Shown: piece by piece, positions 16,680 to 25,869 of the stretch
Position numbering within the stretch: the first letter of the stretch is position 1
Layout of the letters: the number at the start of each line of letters is the position of its first letter
IMG/VR virus record: IMGVR_UViG_3300022862_000017
Coordinates: 1 to 33,402 of that record
Reading direction: 5' to 3' (one strand)
DNA length: 33,402 nt
Source: a virus
Taxonomy: Duplodnaviria > Caudoviricetes
Notes under the pieces: model-generated
Databases searched by the model: none
Seen by the model: only the letters and a program-made list of their open reading frames with translations
Told to the model about the DNA's origin: nothing
Position numbers and translations under genes: made by a program

Positions 16680-16704
16680 AAACACCTGACAACGGTGTTT
16701 TTTT
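16679..16704 (+). terminator. Intrinsic terminator
   Basis: AAAACACC-TGACAAC-GGTGTTTTTTT. Confidence 0.7.
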
Positions 16705-16758
16705 AATTTTACAAAGCAACTAGCATAATGGGGTGATGCCGTTGGGAAAGTAAAGAAA

Positions 16759-17172
16759 TTGACACCAAAACAACAAGCATTTGCTGACTATTACATTGAG
16801 TTGGGAAATGCTACTGAAGCCTATATTAAAGCAGGGTACAACGAAAAGGGTTCTAGAGCTAATTCTGCAAGATTGATAGCAAATGATAGCGTTAAAGCCT
16901 ATATAGATGAGCGTATGGAGGAATTAAAGTCCAAGAAGGTAGCAGATCAGCAAGAAATATTAGAGCTACTTACCGCAATCGCAAGGGGCGAGACAACTTC
17001 AGCAACTTTACGTGGCATTGGTGAAGGTGCACAAACCATCGATGAAGATATGCCACCTACTACTACAGAGCGTATTAAAGCTGCTGAATTGCTTGGTAAA
17101 AGATACCGTATGTGGATTGATAAAGTGGAAACGGACGGTAAAACTAAAGTGGTTATTGTGGATGATGTGTAA
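16759..17172 (+). CDS. terS: Terminase small subunit
   Basis: LTPKQQAFADYYIELGNATEAYIKAGY...RIKAAELLGK. Confidence 0.93.
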   Translation: MTPKQQAFADYYIELGNATEAYIKAGYNEKGSRANSARLIANDSVKAYIDERMEELKSKKVADQQEILELLTAIARGETTSATLRGIGEGAQTIDEDMPPTTTERIKAAELLGKRYRMWIDKVETDGKTKVVIVDDV

Positions 17173-18479
17173 TGACAGAGCAACGTATCAGCTTAGCTAG
17201 CATCATTACAGAGCAATTCAAACCATTTTGGCGCGCCTCTAGAGCAAAGGAACATTTACGCTATGTTTTAAAGGGTGGCCGTGGTTCTGGCAAGTCATTT
17301 CACATTCCGATGCGTATCCTGTTAGACATAATGGAATATCCAGTGTCGGCACTCGGTATCAGGAAAGTACAGAACACCATTTTAAAATCCGTGTACGCAA
17401 ACTTTAAGGCTGCCGCAAATATCATGGGAGTACGTGATCAATTCCGTTTTGTTGATTCGAAATTGGAGATCACTTACTTAGGCAGAGGGAACAAGATTTA
17501 CTTTGCTGGTGCTGATGATCCTGAAAAAATTAAATCTATCAAGGATGCTGATTTCCCTTTAGCTATCGTGTGGTTTGAGGAGTTAGCAGAATTTAAGTCA
17601 GAAGATGAAGTAACTACAATTGAAAATTCAATTCTGCGTGAGGAGTTGGAAGGGAAGATATTCTCGCAAGCTGACAGACAGCAAGCATACCCTTTTGACT
17701 ACTCTTTTTATTATTCTTACAATCCACCGAAGCGTAAGCAATCGTGGGTGAATAAGAAGTATGAGAGTTCGATGATTGATGTCAATACCTATGTTGATCA
17801 TTCAACTTATTTAGGAAATCCGCATTTATCGAAAAAGTTTATTGAAGAAGCAGAAAACGTTAAGAAAAATAAGCCGTTAAAATACCGTTGGGAATACCTC
17901 GGTGAAGCAATAGGGAGTGGTGTTGTGCCGTTTGATAACTTACAGATTAAAAAGGGATCGATTACAGACGAAATGGTTGCTTCCTTTGACAATATCCGCA
18001 ATGGAGTCGACTTCGGTTATGCGACTGATCCACTGGCATTTGTTCGATGGCATTACGACAAAAAGAAGAATGGTATCTACGCTATTGATGAAATCTATGG
18101 TGTGAAAATCAGTAACCGAAAGTTAGCTGAGAAATTAAAAGCCAAAGGTTATCAATCTGACCGTATTGCAGCTGATTCAGCCGAACCAAAGTCCATTGCT
18201 GAATTACGTGATGAACAAGGAGTACCACGTATTTATGGTGTTAAAAAGGGTCCTGACAGTGTTGAATATGGTGAGGAATGGCTAGATGATTTGGACTTCA
18301 TTTGCATCGATCCTCTACGTACACCAGACGTAGCACGAGAGTTCGAAAATATTGACTACCAGACTGATAAAGACGGTAATCCTCTTGCTCGTTTAGAGGA
18401 TAAGGATAACCACACTATCGATGCCACACGCTATGCGTTCGAAGAAGATATGCGTGGTAGCACATACAGTTTTGATTAG
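17172..18479 (+). CDS. terL: Terminase large subunit, PBSX family
   Basis: KGGRGSGKS, WFEELAEF, YNPP, GVDFGY, NHTIDATRYA. Confidence 0.96.
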   Translation: MTEQRISLASIITEQFKPFWRASRAKEHLRYVLKGGRGSGKSFHIPMRILLDIMEYPVSALGIRKVQNTILKSVYANFKAAANIMGVRDQFRFVDSKLEITYLGRGNKIYFAGADDPEKIKSIKDADFPLAIVWFEELAEFKSEDEVTTIENSILREELEGKIFSQADRQQAYPFDYSFYYSYNPPKRKQSWVNKKYESSMIDVNTYVDHSTYLGNPHLSKKFIEEAENVKKNKPLKYRWEYLGEAIGSGVVPFDNLQIKKGSITDEMVASFDNIRNGVDFGYATDPLAFVRWHYDKKKNGIYAIDEIYGVKISNRKLAEKLKAKGYQSDRIAADSAEPKSIAELRDEQGVPRIYGVKKGPDSVEYGEEWLDDLDFICIDPLRTPDVAREFENIDYQTDKDGNPLARLEDKDNHTIDATRYAFEEDMRGSTYSFD

Positions 18480-18493
18480 AAAGAGGTGAGAAC

Positions 18494-19999
18494 ATGAGTT
18501 TTTTTTCGTACCAGGGTGCTGTTACAGACACAGACGTCATCAATGAAAACATAACAGCTGGTGCCAACAATGTCATAACAGATATCAAATGGCTTGAAAA
18601 CGAAATCAATAAGTTTAAAAAGTCGGAGAAACGTAAGTGGATACTGATAGGCGAGGCTTATTATGAAGGTGAACAAGACATTTTAAAACGGGAACGATGG
18701 GTCATTGGTAAAGGTGGAAGACTAGAGGTAAATAGAAACCTTCCTAATAACAAGATACTAGATAACCAGTATGCAAAACTTGTAGATCAAAAGGTTAACT
18801 ATCAACTAGGTAAACCAATAACAATTGAAACTAAAAACGAAGAGTATTTAAAGAAATTACAAGACATTTTCAATAAACGTTTCCACCGCACATTAAAAAG
18901 TGTTGGACAGGATGCATTGAATGGTGGTCTTGGCTGGCTTTATCCGTATTATGATGAAGATGGTGAGTTTGCTATCAAACGTTTTCCTCCATATGAAATC
19001 ATTCCTTATTGGAAAGACTCAGAACAAACAATTCTAGACTTCGCAATTCGCTTATATGCTGTAAAAGAGTACGAGGGCGATAGAGAGGTTGTAGTGGAGA
19101 AAGCAGAGGTTTATAGTGCGCACGGAGTGGAACATTATCAGTGGTTCGCAGGGCATCTTGTAAAGGATGTAACAAAATCCCAAACCTCTTATATAACTAT
19201 ACGTGATGGTGAAAATGAATTAGGTATGAACTGGCAGCGAACGCCTTTAATTCCGTTTAAATTCAATAACAAGGAAATCCCTCTTATCAAGCGTGTGAAA
19301 TCACTACAAGACGGAATTAACGTCATGTTAAGTGACTTTGAAAACAACATGCAGGAGGACGCCAGAAATACAATTCTCGTTCTCCATAACTATGATGGGC
19401 AGGACTTAGGTGAGTTTAGACGTAATTTATCTATATACGGCACCGTTAAAGTACGATCAGCGGATGGGGCAAAGGGAGGCGTTGAAACACTAACAATTGA
19501 AGTCAATGCAGACAACTACAAATCTATCTTATCGCTATTTAAAAAGGCTCTTATTGAAAATGGGCGAGGTTATGACGCTAAAGACGAACGTATGGCAAAT
19601 AACCCAAATCAATTAAATATTAGAGCCATGTACAGCGAGATTGATCTTGACGCAGATGGTATTGAAACAGAGTTCCAGGCTTCATTTGAGGAATTGCTAT
19701 GGTTTATCAATGTTCATTTAGCCAATACAGGCCAAGGTGATTATGAAGGTGAAAGTGTAAATATCATTTTTAACCGTGACATTCTCATTAATGAGATGGA
19801 AGTTGTTGATGTATTAAATAAATCACCTTACTTGTCTGAAGAAACAAAGATTGCGCAACATCCATATGTGAAAGATGTTCAACAAGAGATGCAGCGAAAT
19901 AAGAAGGAGCGTCAGGAACGTGTGAATGAGTTTGATGGCTATGATGATCATTTCAAATCATTGAATGCGAAGTCGGGTGATGACAATGGTCAAGAGTAG
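18494..19999 (+). CDS. Portal protein, SPP1 gp6-like
   Basis: YYEGEQDIL, NQYAKLVDQKVNY, IIFNRDILIN; follows terL. Confidence 0.93.
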   Translation: MSFFSYQGAVTDTDVINENITAGANNVITDIKWLENEINKFKKSEKRKWILIGEAYYEGEQDILKRERWVIGKGGRLEVNRNLPNNKILDNQYAKLVDQKVNYQLGKPITIETKNEEYLKKLQDIFNKRFHRTLKSVGQDALNGGLGWLYPYYDEDGEFAIKRFPPYEIIPYWKDSEQTILDFAIRLYAVKEYEGDREVVVEKAEVYSAHGVEHYQWFAGHLVKDVTKSQTSYITIRDGENELGMNWQRTPLIPFKFNNKEIPLIKRVKSLQDGINVMLSDFENNMQEDARNTILVLHNYDGQDLGEFRRNLSIYGTVKVRSADGAKGGVETLTIEVNADNYKSILSLFKKALIENGRGYDAKDERMANNPNQLNIRAMYSEIDLDADGIETEFQASFEELLWFINVHLANTGQGDYEGESVNIIFNRDILINEMEVVDVLNKSPYLSEETKIAQHPYVKDVQQEMQRNKKERQERVNEFDGYDDHFKSLNAKSGDDNGQE

Positions 20000-21512
20000 A
20001 GAATACTGGCGCCGACGTTTCGAAATGCTTGAGCAATCACAACATGAGAAAAGTGAGGCATACTACAAAGATCTTGAAAAAGCCTACATTCAAACCATGA
20101 GCGAAATCGAAAAGGATATAGCTCGGTGGTACCAGCGCTTTGCTAAAAACAATGAGGTCAGTCTTGATGAAGCCAAACAGCTCCTTAAAAGAGATGAACT
20201 TCGGGAATTCAGGTGGACCGTTGAGGAATACATCGAATATGGCAAAAAGAATGCTATCAATCAAAAATGGATGAAACAGCTTGAAAATGCCTCTTCTCGT
20301 GTTCATATAAGCCGTTTAGAGAGTTTGCAGTTACAATTACAGCAACATGTAGAAAAACTGTATGGTGGACAAATTGACAGCTTTGAGCGATTGATGAAAG
20401 ATGCATATCAGACGCAGTACTATCACACTGCATTTGAAATACAGTCGGCTTTCGAAATTGGTTTCACACTTCAAGCGCTAGACGAAACGAAGCTAGCCAA
20501 AATTATTAGCAAGCCTTGGACTGCTGATGGTCAAACGTTCTCAGCTAAAATATGGCGAGATCGTAATATGTTGCTTGATACATTGCATACAGAACTTATT
20601 CAATCGTTAGCTCGTGGTGAAGCTCCTAGCAGAATGATTACTAGTATAACTAGAAAAATGAATACCTCACGTTCTAACGCTGCTCGGCTTGTTTTAACCG
20701 AATCAGCGTTTTTTAGTGCTTCTGCTCAAAAGGATGCATTCGGCGAACTTGATGTAGAGCGATATGAAATAATCGCAACATTAGATCATAAAACAAGTAG
20801 TATTTGTCGTTCCATGGATGGCAAGGTATTTAAGATGGCAGACTTTGAACCCGGTATAACCGCTAATCCATTCCATCCACGATGTCGTTCAACTACAGCC
20901 CCTTGGTTCGAAGATGATTACAGTGAGCGAATCGCTCGTGATTTAGATGGCGAAACATATTACGTACCAAGCAATATGAAGTATGAAGAATGGTACCAAA
21001 CACAGGCAGAAAAACATGGCGAAGAAAAGATTGAGCGCTATAAGAAGATGCAACGCAATCACAAAACTGATAAAGAACAATATAAAAAACACAAAAATAT
21101 TCTTGGTCAAAATGCACCTAAATCTTTTGAAGAATTCCAAAATATTAAGTATAGTGATAGTAACGAATGGAATAAACTCCAAGATAATTTATATGTAAAA
21201 ACAAATCTTCAAAACGGTACCTTTGGCACCCAAGTTAATCCGGAAAAACAAGCTCCACATATGGATTCAACTCAAACAGAAGGAAAGAGTTATTTCTTTG
21301 ATTCTGTGGATGTACAAAAGATTTTGGATCAATATGCAGGCACAGGGATTGTGGAAAAAGATCGTCATGGAAATAGAACAGTAAAAGAAGTAATTGTTTT
21401 AGATAAGATTATAGGTATAGCTGTTTCTAATAACGGCACTTACGAAACGAACAAAGTTAAGATTCATCACTCGAAAAAACGGACGCATTTAGTTCCGATT
21501 AGACCTGATTAA
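19986..21512 (+). CDS. MuF/SPP1 gp7 minor head protein with C-terminal Ntox50-like toxin domain
   Basis: MuF core ATLDHKTSSICRSMDGK...PFHPRCRST; C-terminal KQAPH...GKSYF...YAGTG...KIHHSKKRTHLVP. Confidence 0.85.
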   Translation: MVKSREYWRRRFEMLEQSQHEKSEAYYKDLEKAYIQTMSEIEKDIARWYQRFAKNNEVSLDEAKQLLKRDELREFRWTVEEYIEYGKKNAINQKWMKQLENASSRVHISRLESLQLQLQQHVEKLYGGQIDSFERLMKDAYQTQYYHTAFEIQSAFEIGFTLQALDETKLAKIISKPWTADGQTFSAKIWRDRNMLLDTLHTELIQSLARGEAPSRMITSITRKMNTSRSNAARLVLTESAFFSASAQKDAFGELDVERYEIIATLDHKTSSICRSMDGKVFKMADFEPGITANPFHPRCRSTTAPWFEDDYSERIARDLDGETYYVPSNMKYEEWYQTQAEKHGEEKIERYKKMQRNHKTDKEQYKKHKNILGQNAPKSFEEFQNIKYSDSNEWNKLQDNLYVKTNLQNGTFGTQVNPEKQAPHMDSTQTEGKSYFFDSVDVQKILDQYAGTGIVEKDRHGNRTVKEVIVLDKIIGIAVSNNGTYETNKVKIHHSKKRTHLVPIRPD

Positions 21513-21525
21513 AAGGAGTGGAAGC

Positions 21526-21735
21526 ATGGATATCTTTTATGATTCAGGAGTAAAAATTAAAGTTACTTTTACTGATGACCAAACTTTAGTGGGAATAGTA
21601 GACCATTGGACTTCCACAAATGATAGCGAAGATGGTGTTCAAGAATTAACTATAAAACCCACCGAGGGAAAGCTTAAAGATCAGCTAGTTAACTTTAATG
21701 AAAATGAAGTAAGTACAATTGAAGTTATTAAGTAA
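21526..21735 (+). CDS. Putative immunity protein for the MuF toxin
   Basis: Small acidic ORF 13 bp after the toxin domain, followed by a terminator. Confidence 0.6.
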   Translation: MDIFYDSGVKIKVTFTDDQTLVGIVDHWTSTNDSEDGVQELTIKPTEGKLKDQLVNFNENEVSTIEVIK

Positions 21736-21772
21736 AAGCACTTAACCAATCAACAAAGGCTAAGTGCTTTTA
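21735..21772 (+). terminator. Intrinsic terminator
   Basis: AAAGCACTTA...TAAGTGCTTT. Confidence 0.75.
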
Positions 21773-21785
21773 TTATGCTTATTTT

Positions 21786-21857
21786 CGTCTTTTTAGCGCT
21801 TGTAGACGTTAAAGAACAAGTGTTTAATACCTAACAGGTCGTTACCTGTAAAAAACG
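21786..21857 (+). ncRNA. Pseudoknotted leader before scaffold gene (GP20-motif-like)
   Basis: CGTCT/AGACG with CGCTTGT/ACAAGTG; ACAGGT/ACCTGT with loop CGTT able to pair AACG. Confidence 0.55.
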
Positions 21858-21875
21858 AATTAGGAGGCTACTTAG

Positions 21876-22466
21876 ATGAAAAAAGAAGATTTAATTGCAA
21901 TGGGATTAAGTGAGGAACAGGCTGATGCTGTTGTTGGTAAATACGGAACAATGATTCCTGAAGAACGCTTTGACGAGGTCAACAAGGCGAAGAAAACACT
22001 TGAAGATCAAGTGAAAAATCATGAAACACAGTTAAAGGATTTGCAAGACAAGGCAAAAGGCAATGAGGAGTTACAAAAGACAATAACTGATTTGCAGCAG
22101 GCTAATGAAACGGCTAAAACGGAATACGAACAACAATTGAAAGACGAACGCATGAGTGCGGCACTGAAATTGTCATTACACAGCAAAGTACATGATGTTG
22201 ATTTGGTAGCTGGCCTCATTGATAAAACAACAATTGAACTAAGCGAAGATGGAAAAGTTACAAAAGGGCTTGATGAGCAACTTAAATCGTTGCAAGAATC
22301 AAAGTCCTTTTTATTTGTGCCAGAAAAGCAACAACCGACATTTAAAGGGTGGGTTCCTGCTGGAGGATTAGGCGAAGGAGAAGGAACGAGTGATATGGGT
22401 TCTAACTTCGCGAAAATGGCGAATGAAAAAGGTACAAGTGATACAAATAACAACCCTTGGGACTAA
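21876..22466 (+). CDS. Capsid scaffolding protein (Phage GP20 family)
   Basis: MKKEDLIAMGLSEEQAD, IPEERFDEVN, GLDEQLKSLQESKSFLF. Confidence 0.9.
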   Translation: MKKEDLIAMGLSEEQADAVVGKYGTMIPEERFDEVNKAKKTLEDQVKNHETQLKDLQDKAKGNEELQKTITDLQQANETAKTEYEQQLKDERMSAALKLSLHSKVHDVDLVAGLIDKTTIELSEDGKVTKGLDEQLKSLQESKSFLFVPEKQQPTFKGWVPAGGLGEGEGTSDMGSNFAKMANEKGTSDTNNNPWD

Positions 22467-22485
22467 ACAATAAGGAGGGCTATAT

Positions 22486-22800
22486 ATGCCATATGTAAAA
22501 CCAATTGAAAGATTTCAACGTGTAAATTTCTTAGCATCATCAAAGGTACAGGCATTTACTTATTTAGTGAGTGATGTAGGTGTAACGGCTGATGCGAACG
22601 GAAAGAAAATCGTAAAGGCAGGCACGGTTTTACCTAAAAACGATGCTACCGCAGAAGGTATCTTATATACCGATGTCGATGTATCAAATGGACCGCAACC
22701 TGGTTCATTGATTGTTGAAGCTTACATTTTAGAAGATCGTCTACCTACTGCACCAGATGCAGCAGCGAAAACAGCACTAAAAGAAATTAAATTCCGATAA
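22486..22800 (+). CDS. Head decoration-like protein
   Basis: GKKIVKAGTVLP...GILYTDVDV...RLP; between scaffold and capsid genes. Confidence 0.7.
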   Translation: MPYVKPIERFQRVNFLASSKVQAFTYLVSDVGVTADANGKKIVKAGTVLPKNDATAEGILYTDVDVSNGPQPGSLIVEAYILEDRLPTAPDAAAKTALKEIKFR

Positions 22801-22816
22801 TTGGAGGGAAATCAAT

Positions 22817-23872
22817 ATGCCAGATGTTTTAGAGTTATTTAATCAAAAAACAGTATTAGATTATATGAAAGAGCGAAAGTACCAATCTTACGGTATTGGT
22901 GAAGCGCTTTTCCCAGAAACGAAGCATAACACGCTTGAATTTGAGTATCTTGTTGGGGCTAACGAATTGCCTGTCATCGCAAAGGTGCATTCATTTGATA
23001 CAGAGGCAGAAATTGGCTCGTTAGATGCTGCTAAACAGGTGTTAGAGGCAGCTTATATCAAGAAGAAATATCAGATTACCGAAAAGGATCTAATTGCATT
23101 ACAATTCCCACGAACAGCACAGGAGCAACAATACTTGATGCAACGAGTATTTAATTTAATCGACAAAGCAGCAAATGATGTTCGTGCTAGCGTTGAATTA
23201 ATGCGTATGCAAGCACTTAGTACGGGTGAATTGAAATTAGCTTTGAATACAGCAAATGGTACACCTAAGACTCTTACGGTTGGATATGGAGTACCAGCAG
23301 ATCATAAAGAGGCACTTGCTGGAACTGACCAATGGGGAACAGGTACAGAGGATATTCTTGGAGATTTAGAACGATGGTCTGATGCGTTAGATATTACGCC
23401 AACACGTGCGTTAACGTCCAAAAAAATTGCAGCTCTTATTTTACGCAATCCGAAGATTATTGGTTACCTATACGGCGCTGGTTCTGCTCGTGTGGCGAAT
23501 TTAACAGATTTAAACGCCTTCTTTGCACAACAGGGATTACCTACTATTGCTGTATATGAATCAACTTCAAATACCAAATATCGTGAGCAAAACGCTGATG
23601 GAACATATACAACGAAGAGTTACTTCCCAGACAATAAATTCGTTATGTTTGGTGATGGACCACTCGGTGAATCGTTATACGGTCCAACACCAGAAGAGTC
23701 ACGCCTTATTCGTAGTGGTTCTGATGTTGAAATGACTTCCATCGGCAAGGTAATCGGTATGGTGTATGAAGAAGGAAAAGATCCTGTTTCAACATGGGCA
23801 AAAGCAGCAGCTACCGCAATTCCGTCATTCCCAGAAGCGCAAAATGTATTCCAAGCGCAACCGATAGCATAA
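22817..23872 (+). CDS. Major capsid protein (E-type)
   Basis: ALFP, ELMRMQALSTG, YGPTPEE, DPVSTWAKA. Confidence 0.9.
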   Translation: MPDVLELFNQKTVLDYMKERKYQSYGIGEALFPETKHNTLEFEYLVGANELPVIAKVHSFDTEAEIGSLDAAKQVLEAAYIKKKYQITEKDLIALQFPRTAQEQQYLMQRVFNLIDKAANDVRASVELMRMQALSTGELKLALNTANGTPKTLTVGYGVPADHKEALAGTDQWGTGTEDILGDLERWSDALDITPTRALTSKKIAALILRNPKIIGYLYGAGSARVANLTDLNAFFAQQGLPTIAVYESTSNTKYREQNADGTYTTKSYFPDNKFVMFGDGPLGESLYGPTPEESRLIRSGSDVEMTSIGKVIGMVYEEGKDPVSTWAKAAATAIPSFPEAQNVFQAQPIA

Positions 23873-23886
23873 GGAGGTTATTTGAG

Positions 23887-24066
23887 ATGGCAAACATTAA
23901 AGTAAAAGTGAAAAACGGCGCTTTCCCTATACGTTATAAGGGAGAGCGTTATTTAGTTGGTGAAGAATTAACGATTGACGAAAAGCATTTTAACGAATCT
24001 ATGATGGAACGGTTAGATGAGTCAAAAAAGGCTGCTCAATCAAGTAAAACGTCTGAAAGTGAGTGA
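23887..24066 (+). CDS. Small head-associated hypothetical protein
   Basis: AGGAGG RBS; IRYKGERYLVGEEL. Confidence 0.65.
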   Translation: MANIKVKVKNGAFPIRYKGERYLVGEELTIDEKHFNESMMERLDESKKAAQSSKTSESE

Positions 24067-24071
24067 TTCGT

Positions 24072-24467
24072 ATGTATCTAGATGCAGTAATGAGATTATC
24101 TGCACTAGGAGTAAAGTTATCTAGCGCTCCAAGCAGTCCTGACGATATGTTATTGAAATTCGCTATCGATAAAGTAACTAATCACATTAATAACCAAACT
24201 AATTTAACGGCGATTCCATCAGGGTTAAATGAAATAGCCATTGATATGGTAGTAGGAGAGTTCTTGCTTACTAAAAAAGCTATGGGCTTACTGGATATCG
24301 AAACACTTAATTTTGAAGTTGTTGCAAAGCAAGTACAGGATGGTGACACGAATGTAGTATTTGCTGTAGAAGCAAATAGAACACCAGAGGCTCAATTTGA
24401 AGCATTTATTTCGTATCTACAGCACAGTAATACAGACTTTTTAAAGTACAGGGTACTCACATGGTAA
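24072..24467 (+). CDS. Head-tail connector/adaptor
   Basis: LLKFAIDKVTNHINNQTN...IP; position after capsid gene. Confidence 0.7.
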   Translation: MYLDAVMRLSALGVKLSSAPSSPDDMLLKFAIDKVTNHINNQTNLTAIPSGLNEIAIDMVVGEFLLTKKAMGLLDIETLNFEVVAKQVQDGDTNVVFAVEANRTPEAQFEAFISYLQHSNTDFLKYRVLTW

Positions 24468-24823
24468 GTGCTCGTAGAAAAGCTGTAGAGTTGTTGTACA
24501 AAGGATTGTGTACAGTGAAAGTTTGGCAAGAGGTTGAAGATCCTGTTACTCATGCTACAGGCCACAAAGAAGTAACATTGTTTACTGATCAAAAGTGCAA
24601 ACTGTCATATGAAAAACAAACATCAACAACGCCAGCTGGTGGTCCTGCATTGATTGCTCAGACTACCAAACTATTTATCGCACCTGAACTAGATATTCCG
24701 GCCGGTTCTAAAATTATAGTGACACAACATGGTAAAACCGTTGAATTCGCAAGAAGTGGTGAGCCTGCTGTCTACACAGACCATCAAGAAATAATACTTG
24801 AAGCATTCGAGAGGTATGCATAA
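24461..24823 (+). CDS. Head closure protein
   Basis: CKLSY...KLFIAPELDIPAGSKIIVT...HQEI. Confidence 0.7.
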   Translation: MVSARRKAVELLYKGLCTVKVWQEVEDPVTHATGHKEVTLFTDQKCKLSYEKQTSTTPAGGPALIAQTTKLFIAPELDIPAGSKIIVTQHGKTVEFARSGEPAVYTDHQEIILEAFERYA

Positions 24824-25224
24824 TGAGTGTTAATTATCAGCAATTAAAAGCATTTGAGCGAAAGTTAGCCAAACTTGCAAGAGGTGACTTTGAGAAGTTC
24901 TGTGAGGCAGCAGCTAAGGAATTAGCTGCACGTATGTTACGTGAAGTTAAGAATAATACTAATGTGATAACAGGGTATTTACGTAACAATTGGACAATTG
25001 ATGCAAATATACGAAAAGTTGGTGGGGTATTTGAAATTGATGTCTACAACCCAACTGAATACAGTAGCTATTATGAATACGGACATCGCACTCGAAATCA
25101 TAAAGGATGGGTAAAAGGTCGATTCACAATGACAATAGCTGCTGACAAAATTGAAGGACAAGCACCAGCTATACTTGAGCGAAAATTATTCAACATGTTA
25201 AAGGAGACTTTCGATGGAGATTAA
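24823..25224 (+). CDS. HK97 gp10-family tail completion protein
   Basis: TGYLRNNW, YSSYYEYGHRT...GWVKGRF. Confidence 0.85.
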   Translation: MSVNYQQLKAFERKLAKLARGDFEKFCEAAAKELAARMLREVKNNTNVITGYLRNNWTIDANIRKVGGVFEIDVYNPTEYSSYYEYGHRTRNHKGWVKGRFTMTIAADKIEGQAPAILERKLFNMLKETFDGD

Positions 25225-25657
25225 TGATATTCAAAAAGCTATATCTGTTAAGCTCCACGATGCTTTTGGAGCTGATTACAAAAAATATATTGACGAAGTA
25301 TCGCAGGGGTTTATGACTCCTGCTTTTTTCATTCAATTTTTGAAATTGGAACACATCAGGCAAATTGGTAAGCGATGGAAGGTGACTACTCTTTTTAATG
25401 TGCAGTATTTCCCTTCTGTTGGCGTTTCTGAGAGTGCAAATATGACTTTGAAGGTACAACAAGCATTGAAGGAGATAACGCTGTTAAATGGCTCGCTTAT
25501 GCTTGGTACAGGAGCGAACAGCGAAGTTGTTGACGGTATAGGACATAATTTCATTCATTTCAACTTCTTCTTACAAGAGATTGAAGAAAAGATTTTCATG
25601 GGCTCATTAGAGCAACACATCAATAAGCAAAGGGGGATTCCGAATGGCGTCAACTAA
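25214..25657 (+). CDS. Tail terminator protein
   Basis: QGFMTPAFFI...FNVQYFP; position before sheath gene. Confidence 0.7.
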   Translation: MEINDIQKAISVKLHDAFGADYKKYIDEVSQGFMTPAFFIQFLKLEHIRQIGKRWKVTTLFNVQYFPSVGVSESANMTLKVQQALKEITLLNGSLMLGTGANSEVVDGIGHNFIHFNFFLQEIEEKIFMGSLEQHINKQRGIPNGVN

Positions 25658-25868
25658 AATACAGGAAAAAGTGGAACCTGTGAAAAGTGAAGATGTAAAA
25701 GAGTCCGTAAAAACTTCATCGCAAACCTTCACGACAGAACAACTTGTGAAAAGCCAAAAATACTATCATCGCCGTGATGCACTCAATGCATTGTTAGTAG
25801 ATGGTAAAGAATATTCATTTGCTCAGGTGGATGAAATCTTAAATAAATTTGATAAAGGAGGTAAATAA
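25644..25868 (+). CDS. Small hypothetical tail-region protein
   Basis: FTTEQLVKSQKY...DALNALL...YSFAQVDEIL. Confidence 0.7.
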   Translation: MASTKIQEKVEPVKSEDVKESVKTSSQTFTTEQLVKSQKYYHRRDALNALLVDGKEYSFAQVDEILNKFDKGGK

Positions 25869-25869
25869 T

